From NCBI GenBank assembly GCA_005879535.1, contig VBKI01000058.1:14000-77999 (forward strand): a stretch of 64,000 nucleotides of DNA, written 5' to 3'. The position numbers and the translations under genes were made by a program. Every line of letters starts with the position of its first letter. Position 1 is the stretch's first letter. Origin of the DNA: Deltaproteobacteria bacterium (lineage in GTDB: Bacteria > Myxococcota > Myxococcia > Myxococcales > 40CM-4-68-19). Shown in pieces: positions 35,981-44,928 of this stretch. The notes under the pieces were generated by a model. It saw only the letters and a program-made list of their open reading frames with translations. It made no database searches and was not told the DNA's origin.

Positions 35981-36634
35981 ATGGCGTTGCGGCTGCGTTA
36001 CCGGATCGACAGCCCGCGCCGTTTGCGGGAACACGTCCACCTCGTGGATGGGGCTGGGTACTTCTTCTTCCCTGGCGCCGTCGCGCCCAAGGGCACGCTT
36101 GCGGCCCTCGAGATCGATTTCGCTTCCACCAGCCAGGTCGCCCTGCTCAGGGGCTGGGTCTGGGCGCGTTCCACCGGCGGTGGGCTCTGGCTGGAGCTCT
36201 CGGGGGCGCAGCGCTGTCTGGAGAAGCTGAACCAGCAGCCGTCGCGATCCGAGCCACGCATCGCCAGCGACCAGCTCGTGCTCGCCGAGCCCGACGGCCT
36301 GCCCGCTTTGCTCTGCCGCCTCCGCGACGTGAGCGAGCGGGGAACGAGGCTTGCCGCGATGCCGGCCGACGCAGGATCGGCAGGTCAGCGGATCCGCGTG
36401 GCGTTGCCCGAAGCGGGTCCCGGCGGCGTGCAACTGGAGGCGTACGGCCGGGTGGCCTGGGCGAGTCAGGGCGAGGCGGGCGTGGAATGGAACGGGGGAG
36501 ATCTCGCGACGCACACGGCCGTCCGCCGCCTCCTCCGCGGCGCGCAGCATGAGTGGGAGGACGCGAGGACCGCCATCCACCCGCCCACCTGCCGCTGCAT
36601 CGGACCGCGAAGGCCAGTAGTCCTGCTCGGCTAG
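35981..36634 (+). CDS. PilZ-domain protein (probable c-di-GMP receptor)
   Basis: 217 aa. RBS GGAGGTGGAGGG immediately upstream of the ATG. The C-terminal half carries RSEPR (RxxxR) followed by DVSERG (DxSxxG), the canonical PilZ c-di-GMP motifs. Confidence 0.7.
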   Translation: MALRLRYRIDSPRRLREHVHLVDGAGYFFFPGAVAPKGTLAALEIDFASTSQVALLRGWVWARSTGGGLWLELSGAQRCLEKLNQQPSRSEPRIASDQLVLAEPDGLPALLCRLRDVSERGTRLAAMPADAGSAGQRIRVALPEAGPGGVQLEAYGRVAWASQGEAGVEWNGGDLATHTAVRRLLRGAQHEWEDARTAIHPPTCRCIGPRRPVVLLG

Positions 36635-36739
36635 AGCGCATCTCATAACCCCGGACCCAGCTCGGCGCCGCGGATCGGCTGAGCGTTCGCTCATGCAAAC
36701 GCGTCCGCGGCGACGGGAGGGGTTATGAGATGCGCTCTA
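36632..36739. repeat. 108-bp structured element bounded by perfect 21-bp inverted repeats TAGAGCGCATCTCATAACCCC / GGGGTTATGAGATGCGCTCTA
   Basis: Arms at 36632-36652 and 36719-36739. Inner complementary segments are CGCCGCGGA (36666-74) / TCCGCGGCG (36704-12) and TGAGCG/CGCTCA. The element lies between the convergent pilZ-like and glgX genes. Confidence 0.9.
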
Positions 36740-36747
36740 CCCTGCGC

Positions 36748-38868
36748 CTACTTCGCGCTCCTCAGCACGACCAGGCTCCGCGCCTGCACGTCGATCTTCG
36801 CCCCGGGCTCGAGCTTCTCCGCCCGCCGCAGCCGACGCAGCTCGGGGGCGTTCTCGGTAGAGGTGTCGAGCACCCGGATCCACCTTGCCGCGAACTGCTC
36901 CGGCGGCACGGCGAACTGCAGCGGCTCGTAGTGCGCGTTGAAGATCACGTAGAAGCTGTCGTCCTTCACCCGCTCGCCGTGCTCTCCGGGCCGGGCGATC
37001 GCGGCGCCGTTGAGGAAGACGCCCAGCGATTTGGCGAAGCCCGCTTGCCAGTCCTCGTCGGACATCTCTTTCGCATCGGGCGTGAACCAGGCCAGGTCCT
37101 TGACGTCGGTTCCCCTGAGCTCGCGGCCCTGGAACCAGCCGCGCCGGCGGAAGATGGGGTGCTGCATGCGCAGCTTGATCAGGCCGCTGACGAAGTCGAG
37201 CAGATCCTCGTCGACGTGCTCCCAGTCGATCCAGGACAGCTCGGTGTCCTGGCAGTAGCCGTTGTTGTTGCCCCGCTGCGTGCGGCCCATTTCGTCGCCG
37301 GCGACGATCATCGGGACGCCCTGGGACAAGAGGACGCTGCTGAGCAGGTTGCGCTGCTGGCGGGCGCGCAGCTGCAGGACGCCCTCGTCCTGGGTATCGC
37401 CCTCTGCGCCGCAGTTCCAGGAGCGGTTGTCGTTCGCTCCGTCCTTGTTGTCCTCCTTGTTCGCCTCGTTGTGCTTCTCGTTGTAGGAGACCAGGTCGCG
37501 CATCGTGAAGCCGTCGTGGGCGGTGACGAAGTTGATCGAGGCGTAGGGCCTGCGGCCGGTCGAGGCGTAGAGATCGGACGATCCGGTGAACCGCTGCGCG
37601 AACTCGCCCAGGAGCGAGTCCTGGCCGCGCCAGTAGTCGCGCACCGTGTCGCGGAACTTCCCGTTCCATTCCGACCACTGCGCCGGGAAGTTGCCCACCT
37701 GGTAGCCGCCTTCGCCGACGTCCCAGGGTTCCGCGATCAGCTTCACGCGCGAGACCACCGGATCCTGCTGGATGAGATCGAAGAACGCGCTCAGCCGATC
37801 GACCTCGTGCAGCTCGCGCGCGAGCGCGGACGCGAGGTCGAAGCGGAAGCCGTCCACGTGCATCTCCTGGATCCAGTACCGCAGCGAGTCCATCAGCAGC
37901 TGCAGCGTGTATGGCTGCCGCATGTTCAGCGAGTTCCCGGTGCCCGTGTAGTCCATGTAGTACCGGGGATTGTCCGCCGTCGTGCGGTAGTACGCGGAGT
38001 TGTCGATGCCCTTGAACGAAAGCATCGGCCCCATCTGGTTGCCTTCGGAGGTGTGGTTGTAGACGACGTCGAGGAACACCTCGATGCCGGCGCGATGCAG
38101 CGCCTTGACCATCGCCTTGAACTCCTGGACCTGCCCGCCGCGCTGGCCGCGGCTGGAGTACTCGTTGTGCGGGGCGAAGAACCCGATGGAATCGTACCCC
38201 CAGTAGTTGCGGAGCCCCTTGTCGAGCAGATGCTGGGAATGGACGAACTGGTGGATGGGCAAGAGCTCGACGGCGGTGACCCCGAGCATCTGCAGATGCT
38301 CGATGGCCGCCGGAGAGGACATCCCGGCATATTTGCCCCGCTGATCCTCGGAGATCTCCGGGTGCCGCTGGGTGAATCCCTTGACGTGGACCTCGTAGAC
38401 CACCGTGTCGTGCCAGGGATGGCGGGGAGCCCGGTCGTCGCTCCAGTCGAAGTACGGGTTCGTGACTACGCAGCGCGGCATGAACGGGGCGCTGTCCGCG
38501 CCACTCGCCGCCAGGTCGTCCTCGTTCAGCTTGTACGGATAGATGGCCTCGTCCCACTTCGGGTGGCCCTCGATGGCGCGGGCATAGGGATCGAGCAGGA
38601 GCTTGGCTGCATTGCAGCGTAGCCCCTTCTCCGGCTCCCAGGGACCGTGGACGCGATACCCATAACGGTGGCCGGGCTCGACCCCGACGAGATACCCGTG
38701 CCAGACGTAACCGGTGCGCTCGGGGAGCGCGAACCGCTGCTCGTTGCCGTTCTCGTCGAAGAGGCAGAGCTCGACTTTGGAGGCCACCTCCGAGAACAGC
38801 GCGAAATTGGTGCCCGCGCCGTCGTACGAGGCGCCCAGGGGATATGACCTGCCAGGCCAGATGCGCAT
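36748..38868 (-). CDS. glgX: Glycogen debranching enzyme GlgX
   Basis: 706 aa from MRIWPGRSYPLGASYDGAGTNFALFS. GH13 motifs DVVYNHT, GFRFDLAS, AEPWD and FVTAHDGFT. Confidence 0.92.
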   Translation of the reverse strand: MRIWPGRSYPLGASYDGAGTNFALFSEVASKVELCLFDENGNEQRFALPERTGYVWHGYLVGVEPGHRYGYRVHGPWEPEKGLRCNAAKLLLDPYARAIEGHPKWDEAIYPYKLNEDDLAASGADSAPFMPRCVVTNPYFDWSDDRAPRHPWHDTVVYEVHVKGFTQRHPEISEDQRGKYAGMSSPAAIEHLQMLGVTAVELLPIHQFVHSQHLLDKGLRNYWGYDSIGFFAPHNEYSSRGQRGGQVQEFKAMVKALHRAGIEVFLDVVYNHTSEGNQMGPMLSFKGIDNSAYYRTTADNPRYYMDYTGTGNSLNMRQPYTLQLLMDSLRYWIQEMHVDGFRFDLASALARELHEVDRLSAFFDLIQQDPVVSRVKLIAEPWDVGEGGYQVGNFPAQWSEWNGKFRDTVRDYWRGQDSLLGEFAQRFTGSSDLYASTGRRPYASINFVTAHDGFTMRDLVSYNEKHNEANKEDNKDGANDNRSWNCGAEGDTQDEGVLQLRARQQRNLLSSVLLSQGVPMIVAGDEMGRTQRGNNNGYCQDTELSWIDWEHVDEDLLDFVSGLIKLRMQHPIFRRRGWFQGRELRGTDVKDLAWFTPDAKEMSDEDWQAGFAKSLGVFLNGAAIARPGEHGERVKDDSFYVIFNAHYEPLQFAVPPEQFAARWIRVLDTSTENAPELRRLRRAEKLEPGAKIDVQARSLVVLRSAK

Positions 38869-38915
38869 CTCTGTACACTCTGAATCGGGGCCGCCGCGCG
38901 CAACCGGGGCGACGC

Positions 38916-39494
38916 TCAAGCGTTCGCTGCGCGCCGGTGCCTGCGCACCAGCCTCCACTTGACGATCGGCGGCACGATCAGGATCGCGGCCATGATCGCC
39001 GCCACCGCAATCTCCAGGAAGCGGACCTCGTGGGCGAGCTTCGCCGAACGGCCAAACTCGTATCCGAGCCCGACCAGCGCCGCGACCTCGATCAGGCCCA
39101 CGCAACCGTTGATCAGCTCGAAGCGCAGCATCGGATATTTGCTGCCGCCGATGGCCAGGTAGACAGGCCCTCGCAGTGCCACCAGGAAGCGCCCGAGGAG
39201 GATGGCGCGAAACCCGTGCCGGCGAACCAGGTCCTCGCCCCATTTGCGCAGATCCGGCGCGACGATCCGTCTCCCGAATCGCGTTCGCAACAGACGCGGC
39301 AAGAACGATCGCCCGATCATGTACGAGGCGGTGTCGCCGGCGACGATCGCGAGCCACGCGGCGAGCCAGGCGCCCCACAGCGGCAGCGCCCCGGCATGCG
39401 CCCACCAGCCGGCGCCGAGCAACGCCAGCTCCTCCGGCAGCGGCACGATCAGCGTGGAGAGGACCGCCCCGAAGATTGCCAGCGCGGCATACAC
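38916..39494 (-). CDS. DedA/SNARE-associated family membrane protein
   Basis: 192 aa with the LPEELALLGAG...GDTASYMIGR...LGRFLVALR pattern of DedA proteins. Confidence 0.75.
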   Translation of the reverse strand: MYAALAIFGAVLSTLIVPLPEELALLGAGWWAHAGALPLWGAWLAAWLAIVAGDTASYMIGRSFLPRLLRTRFGRRIVAPDLRKWGEDLVRRHGFRAILLGRFLVALRGPVYLAIGGSKYPMLRFELINGCVGLIEVAALVGLGYEFGRSAKLAHEVRFLEIAVAAIMAAILIVPPIVKWRLVRRHRRAANA

Positions 39495-39511
39495 GGTCCG
39501 ACGAAGCTAGG

Positions 39512-41521
39512 TCAGCGGCCCGCGCGAGGCCAGCGGACGATGAACGTCGTTCCTTCCTCCGCGGTGGAGCGGACGGCGATCGATCCGCCGTGCGCCTCCG
39601 CGATCTGGCTGGCGATGTAGAGTCCGAGCCCGAGGCCGGCGTTGCGACCGCCCCCGTCGGCGGCGCCGCGGTGGAAGGCCTCGAAGATCCCCGGCAGCGT
39701 TTCCGGCGGAAGGGGCGCGCCCTGGTTGTTGACCTCGAGGACCACCGCATCCTCCTCGTTCCGCAAGGTCACGCGCACCGGCGAGCCGGCCGGGCTGTAG
39801 AGGATGGCGTTTCCGACGAGGTTGGCGATCACCTGCGTGGCCCGATCGGGATCGACGGTGGTCACCGTGTCCCCGTCCGAGGAAAGCTGGAGCGCGCGAT
39901 CGGGATGGAGCACCTGCATGCCGTCGATCACCTGCTGGCAGAGCTGGAGCAGATCGGCCTCGACGGCGAAGATGGGGAGCCCGCGGCCATGCCGCGTGCG
40001 GGTGTAGTCGACGAGGTCCCGGACCATCCGCTCGATGGCGCGCGCGTTGTCGATCATGCGCTTGACCACGGTGAGCTGCTTGTCGCTTCCGGCGGCGGCG
40101 AGCTGCCGCTCGAGGAGTCCCGCGGAGGTGAGCACCACGCCGAGGGGGTTGCGCACGTCGTGGCTGAGGACACCGAGGATCCGATCGCGGAAGTCCAGCG
40201 CCGCCCGCAGCTCCGCCTCTTCCGCCAGCCGCGCGGTGATGTCGATGTTCACCGCGACCGCGCCGACGACCCGGTCGCCCAGGCGGACCGGGGCCGCGCT
40301 CGAGCGAAGCGCGACGTCCTCGCCGGTGGCGGGATGCCGCACCAGCACCTCGCGGACGGCGCGCTCGCCTTGCAGCGCCTTGATGTAGACGAGCTCGTCG
40401 GCGGGGACCGGTGTGCCGTCGAGGTAGCGGGTCGGGATTTGTTCCACCAGCGTGGCGACGTCCTTGTTGAGATCCTCCAGGCGCCGGTACCCGAACATCT
40501 CCAGCGCGGCCGCGTTGGCGTGTTTGATCCTGGTGGCGTCGCCGACGTAGATGGCTTCCGGAATGGCCGCGAGCACCGCTTCCAGCTCGGCGGCGCGCCT
40601 GGTCACCTCCGCGTCGAGGCGGGCCTGCGCGATGAGCGCAGCCACCCGGTTCGCCATGGTGCGGAACAGCGACTGGTCCTCCTGGGAGAATTCGTGCGAG
40701 GAGCGCGAGCCCATCACCGCCACGCCGAGGACATCCGCACCCATCGTCAGCGGCACGCCGTAGAGCGCCAACGTCCCCGGCGCGCAGACCGGCGACCTGG
40801 CGATCGCAGGATCCGAACAGGCATCGCGGAGCATTACCGGAGCGGCCTCTCGCACCACGCGCATCGTAAAACCGTCGGGTGGCGTCTCGCGACCGACAGG
40901 ACCCGGCTCGGGATATCCCAATGCAGCCCGGACGCGTATGGTGCTGTCTTCGCGGAGCGTCAGTGCGATGGTGTCCGCCGACGCGGTCGTTTCCAGGAAG
41001 GCGTCGAGCAGTCTCGGCAGCAGCGATTCGACGTCGTGGTGGACCAGCGCCGCGCTGGAGATGCGATCGAGTGCGCGAAGCGTCCGTTCGCGCGCCACCG
41101 TATACCGGACGACCGAGGTGGCGATGGCCTGATCGATCGCCTCGTGGAGGCGGGGCAGTTCTGCAGAGCGCAGTGCCGGGGTGTGCGTCCGGGACGCCAG
41201 CTCGGTGATGCAACGCCGCAGGATCGCGTACTCGTTGACGACCTCGGCCAGGTCGTACCCGACTTCGAGCCGCTCCAGGGCGTGGATCTGCGGCTGGTCC
41301 TCGGGCGGAGTGACCTCGTGGCCGGTTCGAAGCTCGCCGACATAGTCCGCGAGCTCCTCGATGAATTCAGGGAGGTGATCGACGAGCATCGGGCGGTCCA
41401 GATGGCGCGCTGCGCCCACCTTGCGCACCTCCTGCTCCCAGTGCGCCAGGATCTCGTCGCGGTGCTCGCGGAGGAAGTCGGCGAGGCGTCGCGGCTCGTC
41501 GCTGGCGACCATGTCGCCCAT
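39512..41521 (-). CDS. Sensor histidine kinase (RsbRD-N-like, GAF, PAS, HisKA, HATPase_c)
   Basis: 669 aa. H-box LGVLSHDVRNPL, N-box IANLVGNAILYS and G-box GLGLGLYIASQIAEAHGG. Cytoplasmic (no TM segment). Confidence 0.85.
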   Translation of the reverse strand: MGDMVASDEPRRLADFLREHRDEILAHWEQEVRKVGAARHLDRPMLVDHLPEFIEELADYVGELRTGHEVTPPEDQPQIHALERLEVGYDLAEVVNEYAILRRCITELASRTHTPALRSAELPRLHEAIDQAIATSVVRYTVARERTLRALDRISSAALVHHDVESLLPRLLDAFLETTASADTIALTLREDSTIRVRAALGYPEPGPVGRETPPDGFTMRVVREAAPVMLRDACSDPAIARSPVCAPGTLALYGVPLTMGADVLGVAVMGSRSSHEFSQEDQSLFRTMANRVAALIAQARLDAEVTRRAAELEAVLAAIPEAIYVGDATRIKHANAAALEMFGYRRLEDLNKDVATLVEQIPTRYLDGTPVPADELVYIKALQGERAVREVLVRHPATGEDVALRSSAAPVRLGDRVVGAVAVNIDITARLAEEAELRAALDFRDRILGVLSHDVRNPLGVVLTSAGLLERQLAAAGSDKQLTVVKRMIDNARAIERMVRDLVDYTRTRHGRGLPIFAVEADLLQLCQQVIDGMQVLHPDRALQLSSDGDTVTTVDPDRATQVIANLVGNAILYSPAGSPVRVTLRNEEDAVVLEVNNQGAPLPPETLPGIFEAFHRGAADGGGRNAGLGLGLYIASQIAEAHGGSIAVRSTAEEGTTFIVRWPRAGR

Positions 41522-41530
41522 GACACAAAC

Positions 41531-43042
41531 CTAGGTCGGCATACCGAGCCGTGCCTCCACCGGCCGGACGGAGGGCTGCTCCAGCGCGGCGAGCGAGCGG
41601 GCGTAGTACGCGAGCAGATCGCGCGCCTGTCGATGCGCCCCGCAACACACGCGGCCGCCCGCCTGCTCGAGTACGCGACGCTGGACGAGCCGCTCGAGCC
41701 CCAACCGGACGATCTCCTCGACTTCCTCGGCCGCGAGCAGGTCGCCTTCGAACCGCGCCAGCTCCCGGGTGCGCGGAAGATCCTCGCGTAACGCCGCGCG
41801 CGCCGCCCGTTGCGGGTCGAACTCGCGCCCCAAGGCGAGCGGGACGCCGCCCTCTTCGAGGCGGGAGCGCACCTCGCGCACGCGGTCGACGAGATCGCCT
41901 GCGGCCGCGTCGCAGCCGAGGTCCAGGGCGGCACGGGCAACGAGCGACACCGGCGTCGCCGGGATGAGTCGGGCGATCCGATCCATGACCACCGCGGCGA
42001 TCTCCTTCGCTCTCGCACGCCGCTGCTCGTCCGTCAGCCGCGACACCCCGCGCGATTGGGGCAGGTCGCGGAACCGGATGGGATCGCCGAACGCGAGCGC
42101 GACGTACCCGTGCCGCTGCAGCCTTCCCGCGGCGACACGGACGGCGTTCACGGCGACGCGCCAGGGAACGATCCACAGGAGTCGCAGCGCGCCCGCCACC
42201 TTTTCGGCGCGCGTCGGCGGATGCTCCCGACCGCGCAGCTCGGCAAGCAGCGCTTCGTCCTCGAGGACGCGGTCGTAGTTGATGCCCACCGGAACGAAGT
42301 ACAGCTCCGACTCGTCGGTGAGCTGGATCAGCGCGTCGAGGAGGCCCACTTTGGGCGCGCGCAGCGCGCCGTCGCGCGTCAGTCCTCCTTCCGGAAAGAT
42401 CCCCTGCGTGACCCCACGCCGGGTGATCAGCTGCAGGTACCTGCGCAACACCGTGTGGTAGAGCGGGTCGGGAAATCCGCGGCGAACGAAGAAGCCCCCG
42501 AACGCCCTGAACAGCGCGTCGAGCGGAAACACCCGGGCCCACTCGCCCACCGCGTAGCTGATGGCCACCCGGCGCGCGAGCGCCCAGCCGACGACGACGT
42601 AGTCGAAGTTGCTGCGGTGGTTGATGAGGAACACGGCAGTGGCGTCGTGCGGCAGCGGCGGGGGCGGTCTCACGATTACCGGCCGGTAGACGGCGCCGAT
42701 GGCGGCGCGCGCGAGCCGCATGCCGAGCTGGAAGTAGGCTGCGAGCGAGAACGCCGGGACAATCTCGTCGATGTACTCCTCGACGCGCTGCCGCACCTCC
42801 GTCGGCCGCTCGCCGGCGTCGGCCGCCGCTTCCATCGCCCTCAGGATCGCGCGGTCGTTGAGCAGCTCCTCGCGCACCAGCTGCTTGCCGCCGAACTTGA
42901 AGAGGTCCACGCGGACCCCGTGCTCCTCCGCGTAGCTGCGCGCCTTGCGCCGCTGGGATTCACGCACCCGCCGCAGGATGCGGTAGCGCAGGAGCTCGTA
43001 GAGCGGCAGCGCGATCGCTATCGAGATCAGGACGCGCAGCAT
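41531..43042 (-). CDS. Glycerol-3-phosphate/lysophospholipid acyltransferase-like protein (PlsB/PlsC superfamily)
   Basis: 503 aa. HxxxxD motif in INHRSNFDYVV and FPEGGLTRDG block III. N-terminal TM helix. Confidence 0.7.
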   Translation of the reverse strand: MLRVLISIAIALPLYELLRYRILRRVRESQRRKARSYAEEHGVRVDLFKFGGKQLVREELLNDRAILRAMEAAADAGERPTEVRQRVEEYIDEIVPAFSLAAYFQLGMRLARAAIGAVYRPVIVRPPPPLPHDATAVFLINHRSNFDYVVVGWALARRVAISYAVGEWARVFPLDALFRAFGGFFVRRGFPDPLYHTVLRRYLQLITRRGVTQGIFPEGGLTRDGALRAPKVGLLDALIQLTDESELYFVPVGINYDRVLEDEALLAELRGREHPPTRAEKVAGALRLLWIVPWRVAVNAVRVAAGRLQRHGYVALAFGDPIRFRDLPQSRGVSRLTDEQRRARAKEIAAVVMDRIARLIPATPVSLVARAALDLGCDAAAGDLVDRVREVRSRLEEGGVPLALGREFDPQRAARAALREDLPRTRELARFEGDLLAAEEVEEIVRLGLERLVQRRVLEQAGGRVCCGAHRQARDLLAYYARSLAALEQPSVRPVEARLGMPT

Positions 43043-43064
43043 CCGTCGAGCTTATCATCCGTCG

Positions 43065-43919
43065 ATGCTTCTTCCCCTTGGCGCGCTCTGGCTCGCCGCC
43101 CACGGCGCCTACCGCGCCTGGGGCTTTCGCTCTCGCCTGATCCGCGCGGGGGAGCGCAACCTCCACCTTTACGACCGGCGCGGAGCGGGTCGCGCTCCGC
43201 CGGTCCTGTTGGTGCACGGCATGGGCGGCAACGCGGCCGGCTTTCTGCCCATCGTGCGCGCGGTTGCCCGCGCGTCGCGCCGGGTCGTCGTCCTCGATCT
43301 GCCCGGCCACGGACGCTCGCCCCTCGGCCGGGGCCAGGCGCCGGCGACGATACTCGAGTGCGCCCAGGGCGTCGGAGCCGCGCTCCTCGAGTTGGAAGAG
43401 CCGGCGGTGCTCGTCGGGAGCTCCCTGGGAGGTGCCTTGAGCCTGTTCGCTGCCGCGATCCTCCCGGATCGAACGGCGGGCGTCGTGGGCTTGAACCCGG
43501 CGGGCGCGCCTCTGGCGGGCCCCGATCGCGAAGCCGTCGTGACGGCGTTTCGCGGCGGCAGCGTCGCCGCCGCCCTGGAGATGAACCGTCGCCTCTATCA
43601 GCGGCCCTCGCGGCTCGGCTGGCTCTTTGCCCGCGACCTCGGCCGACATTGGGCCTCTCCGCCGGTGCAGCAGTTCGTCTCCGAGATGGGCGCGGACATT
43701 CCCGGGATCGGCCTCGACGTGCTCGGCGACGTCCAAAGCCCCGTCCTCATCCTCTGGGGCGAAGGGGACCGCATCCTGCCCGCCTCCAGCGTCGAATACT
43801 TCCGGACGCACCTCCGGAACGGGACGGTGGAGACGATCCCGCATTGCGGCCACCTTCCGATGGTGGAGAGCAGCCGGTTCGTCGCGGCCCGAATTGCGCG
43901 CTTCCTCGCGGAGCTCTGA
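43065..43919 (+). CDS. Alpha/beta-fold hydrolase
   Basis: 284 aa. HGMGGN oxyanion region, nucleophile elbow GSSLGG and a C-terminal HCGHLP His motif. Confidence 0.8.
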   Translation: MLLPLGALWLAAHGAYRAWGFRSRLIRAGERNLHLYDRRGAGRAPPVLLVHGMGGNAAGFLPIVRAVARASRRVVVLDLPGHGRSPLGRGQAPATILECAQGVGAALLELEEPAVLVGSSLGGALSLFAAAILPDRTAGVVGLNPAGAPLAGPDREAVVTAFRGGSVAAALEMNRRLYQRPSRLGWLFARDLGRHWASPPVQQFVSEMGADIPGIGLDVLGDVQSPVLILWGEGDRILPASSVEYFRTHLRNGTVETIPHCGHLPMVESSRFVAARIARFLAEL

Positions 43920-44878
43920 TGTACGAGCCGGCGCGGTGGCTCTTCGGCCCCAATCTGATGACGATCTTCGGACCGCTCTTCCGGCCTGGCCCGCACGTTC
44001 CGGTGAGCCGCGAGCGCTGGGAGCTCTCGGACGGCGACTTCGTCGACGTGGACCGGATGGCGGGGCCGCGCGACGCGCCGTTGCTGGTCGCGCTGCACGG
44101 GCTCGAAGGCTCCAGCTCGGCGCATTACGTCCGCGGTCTCCTGGCGCAGGCGCGCATGCGCGGCTGGCGCGCGCTCGCGCTCAACTTTCGCGGCTGCTCC
44201 GGCGACATGAACCGGCTCGTCCGCTCGTATCACTCCGGAGAGACGGGCGACCTGTCGGAGCTGGTCCGCCGCGCGCAGGACGAGTCCGACCGCATCGTGC
44301 TCGCCGGCTTTTCCCTGGGCGGCAACGTCCTCGTGAAGTGGCTGGGTGAACTCGGCGATTCCGCGCCGCGCGAGATCAGAGCGGCGGTGGCGCTCAGCGT
44401 ACCGTTCGATCTCGCGCTCTGCGCGCGGACCCTCGACGGTCCCGGGTTCTGGACCTGGCTCTACCGGACGCGATTCCTTCACTCGCTGAAGCGCAAGTCG
44501 CTGCAAAAGCTCCGCAAGTTTCCGGGTGCCGCGGACGAGGAGCGCGTCCGCCGCGCACGGACGCTGTTCGAGTTCGACGACGCGCTGACGGCGCGGCTCC
44601 ACGGCTTTGCCGGCGCCGAGGACTATTACGCGCAGAGCTCCAGCGCCAATTACGTCGAGCGCGTGCGAGTCCCGCTCCTGCTCATCTCCGCCGAGGACGA
44701 TCCGTTCATTCCGGCCCGATGCGTGCCTCGGACGACGACCCGCTCCGTCGAGGTGGAGCTGTCCGCTCGGGGCGGCCATCTGGGGTTCGTCGAAGGGCCG
44801 ATCTGGAAACCGGGGTTCTACGCGGAGCGGCGGGCCATTGCATTCCTCGAAGAGCACGTGGAATCCCGGCCTTCCTAG
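43919..44878 (+). CDS. Alpha/beta-fold hydrolase (YheT/ABHD1-3-like)
   Basis: 319 aa from MYEPARWLFGPNLMT (ATG overlaps the previous TGA). HGLEGSS and GFSLGGN elbow. Only the last 319 codons of the 1022-codon track ORF are credible. Confidence 0.8.
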   Translation: MYEPARWLFGPNLMTIFGPLFRPGPHVPVSRERWELSDGDFVDVDRMAGPRDAPLLVALHGLEGSSSAHYVRGLLAQARMRGWRALALNFRGCSGDMNRLVRSYHSGETGDLSELVRRAQDESDRIVLAGFSLGGNVLVKWLGELGDSAPREIRAAVALSVPFDLALCARTLDGPGFWTWLYRTRFLHSLKRKSLQKLRKFPGAADEERVRRARTLFEFDDALTARLHGFAGAEDYYAQSSSANYVERVRVPLLLISAEDDPFIPARCVPRTTTRSVEVELSARGGHLGFVEGPIWKPGFYAERRAIAFLEEHVESRPS

Positions 44879-44928
44879 GTTCAGATCCGGCGGCGGGCTG
44901 GCGCGTTCCCACCAGGCGGAGGTGCCCC

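Noticed and set aside
36748-39750. 1000-codon minus-strand ORF suggesting a giant GlgX fusion
   Set aside because: Upstream of MRIWPGRSYPLG (38868) the frame runs through the DedA gene region in a different frame with Arg/Ala-rich junk. GlgX proteins start at exactly this motif.
41810-44878. 1022-codon plus-strand ORF
   Set aside because: The first ~700 codons are antisense to the acyltransferase and out of frame with the first hydrolase, and have low-complexity Arg/Pro/Gly composition. Only the last 319 codons (from ATG 43919) form a credible alpha/beta hydrolase.
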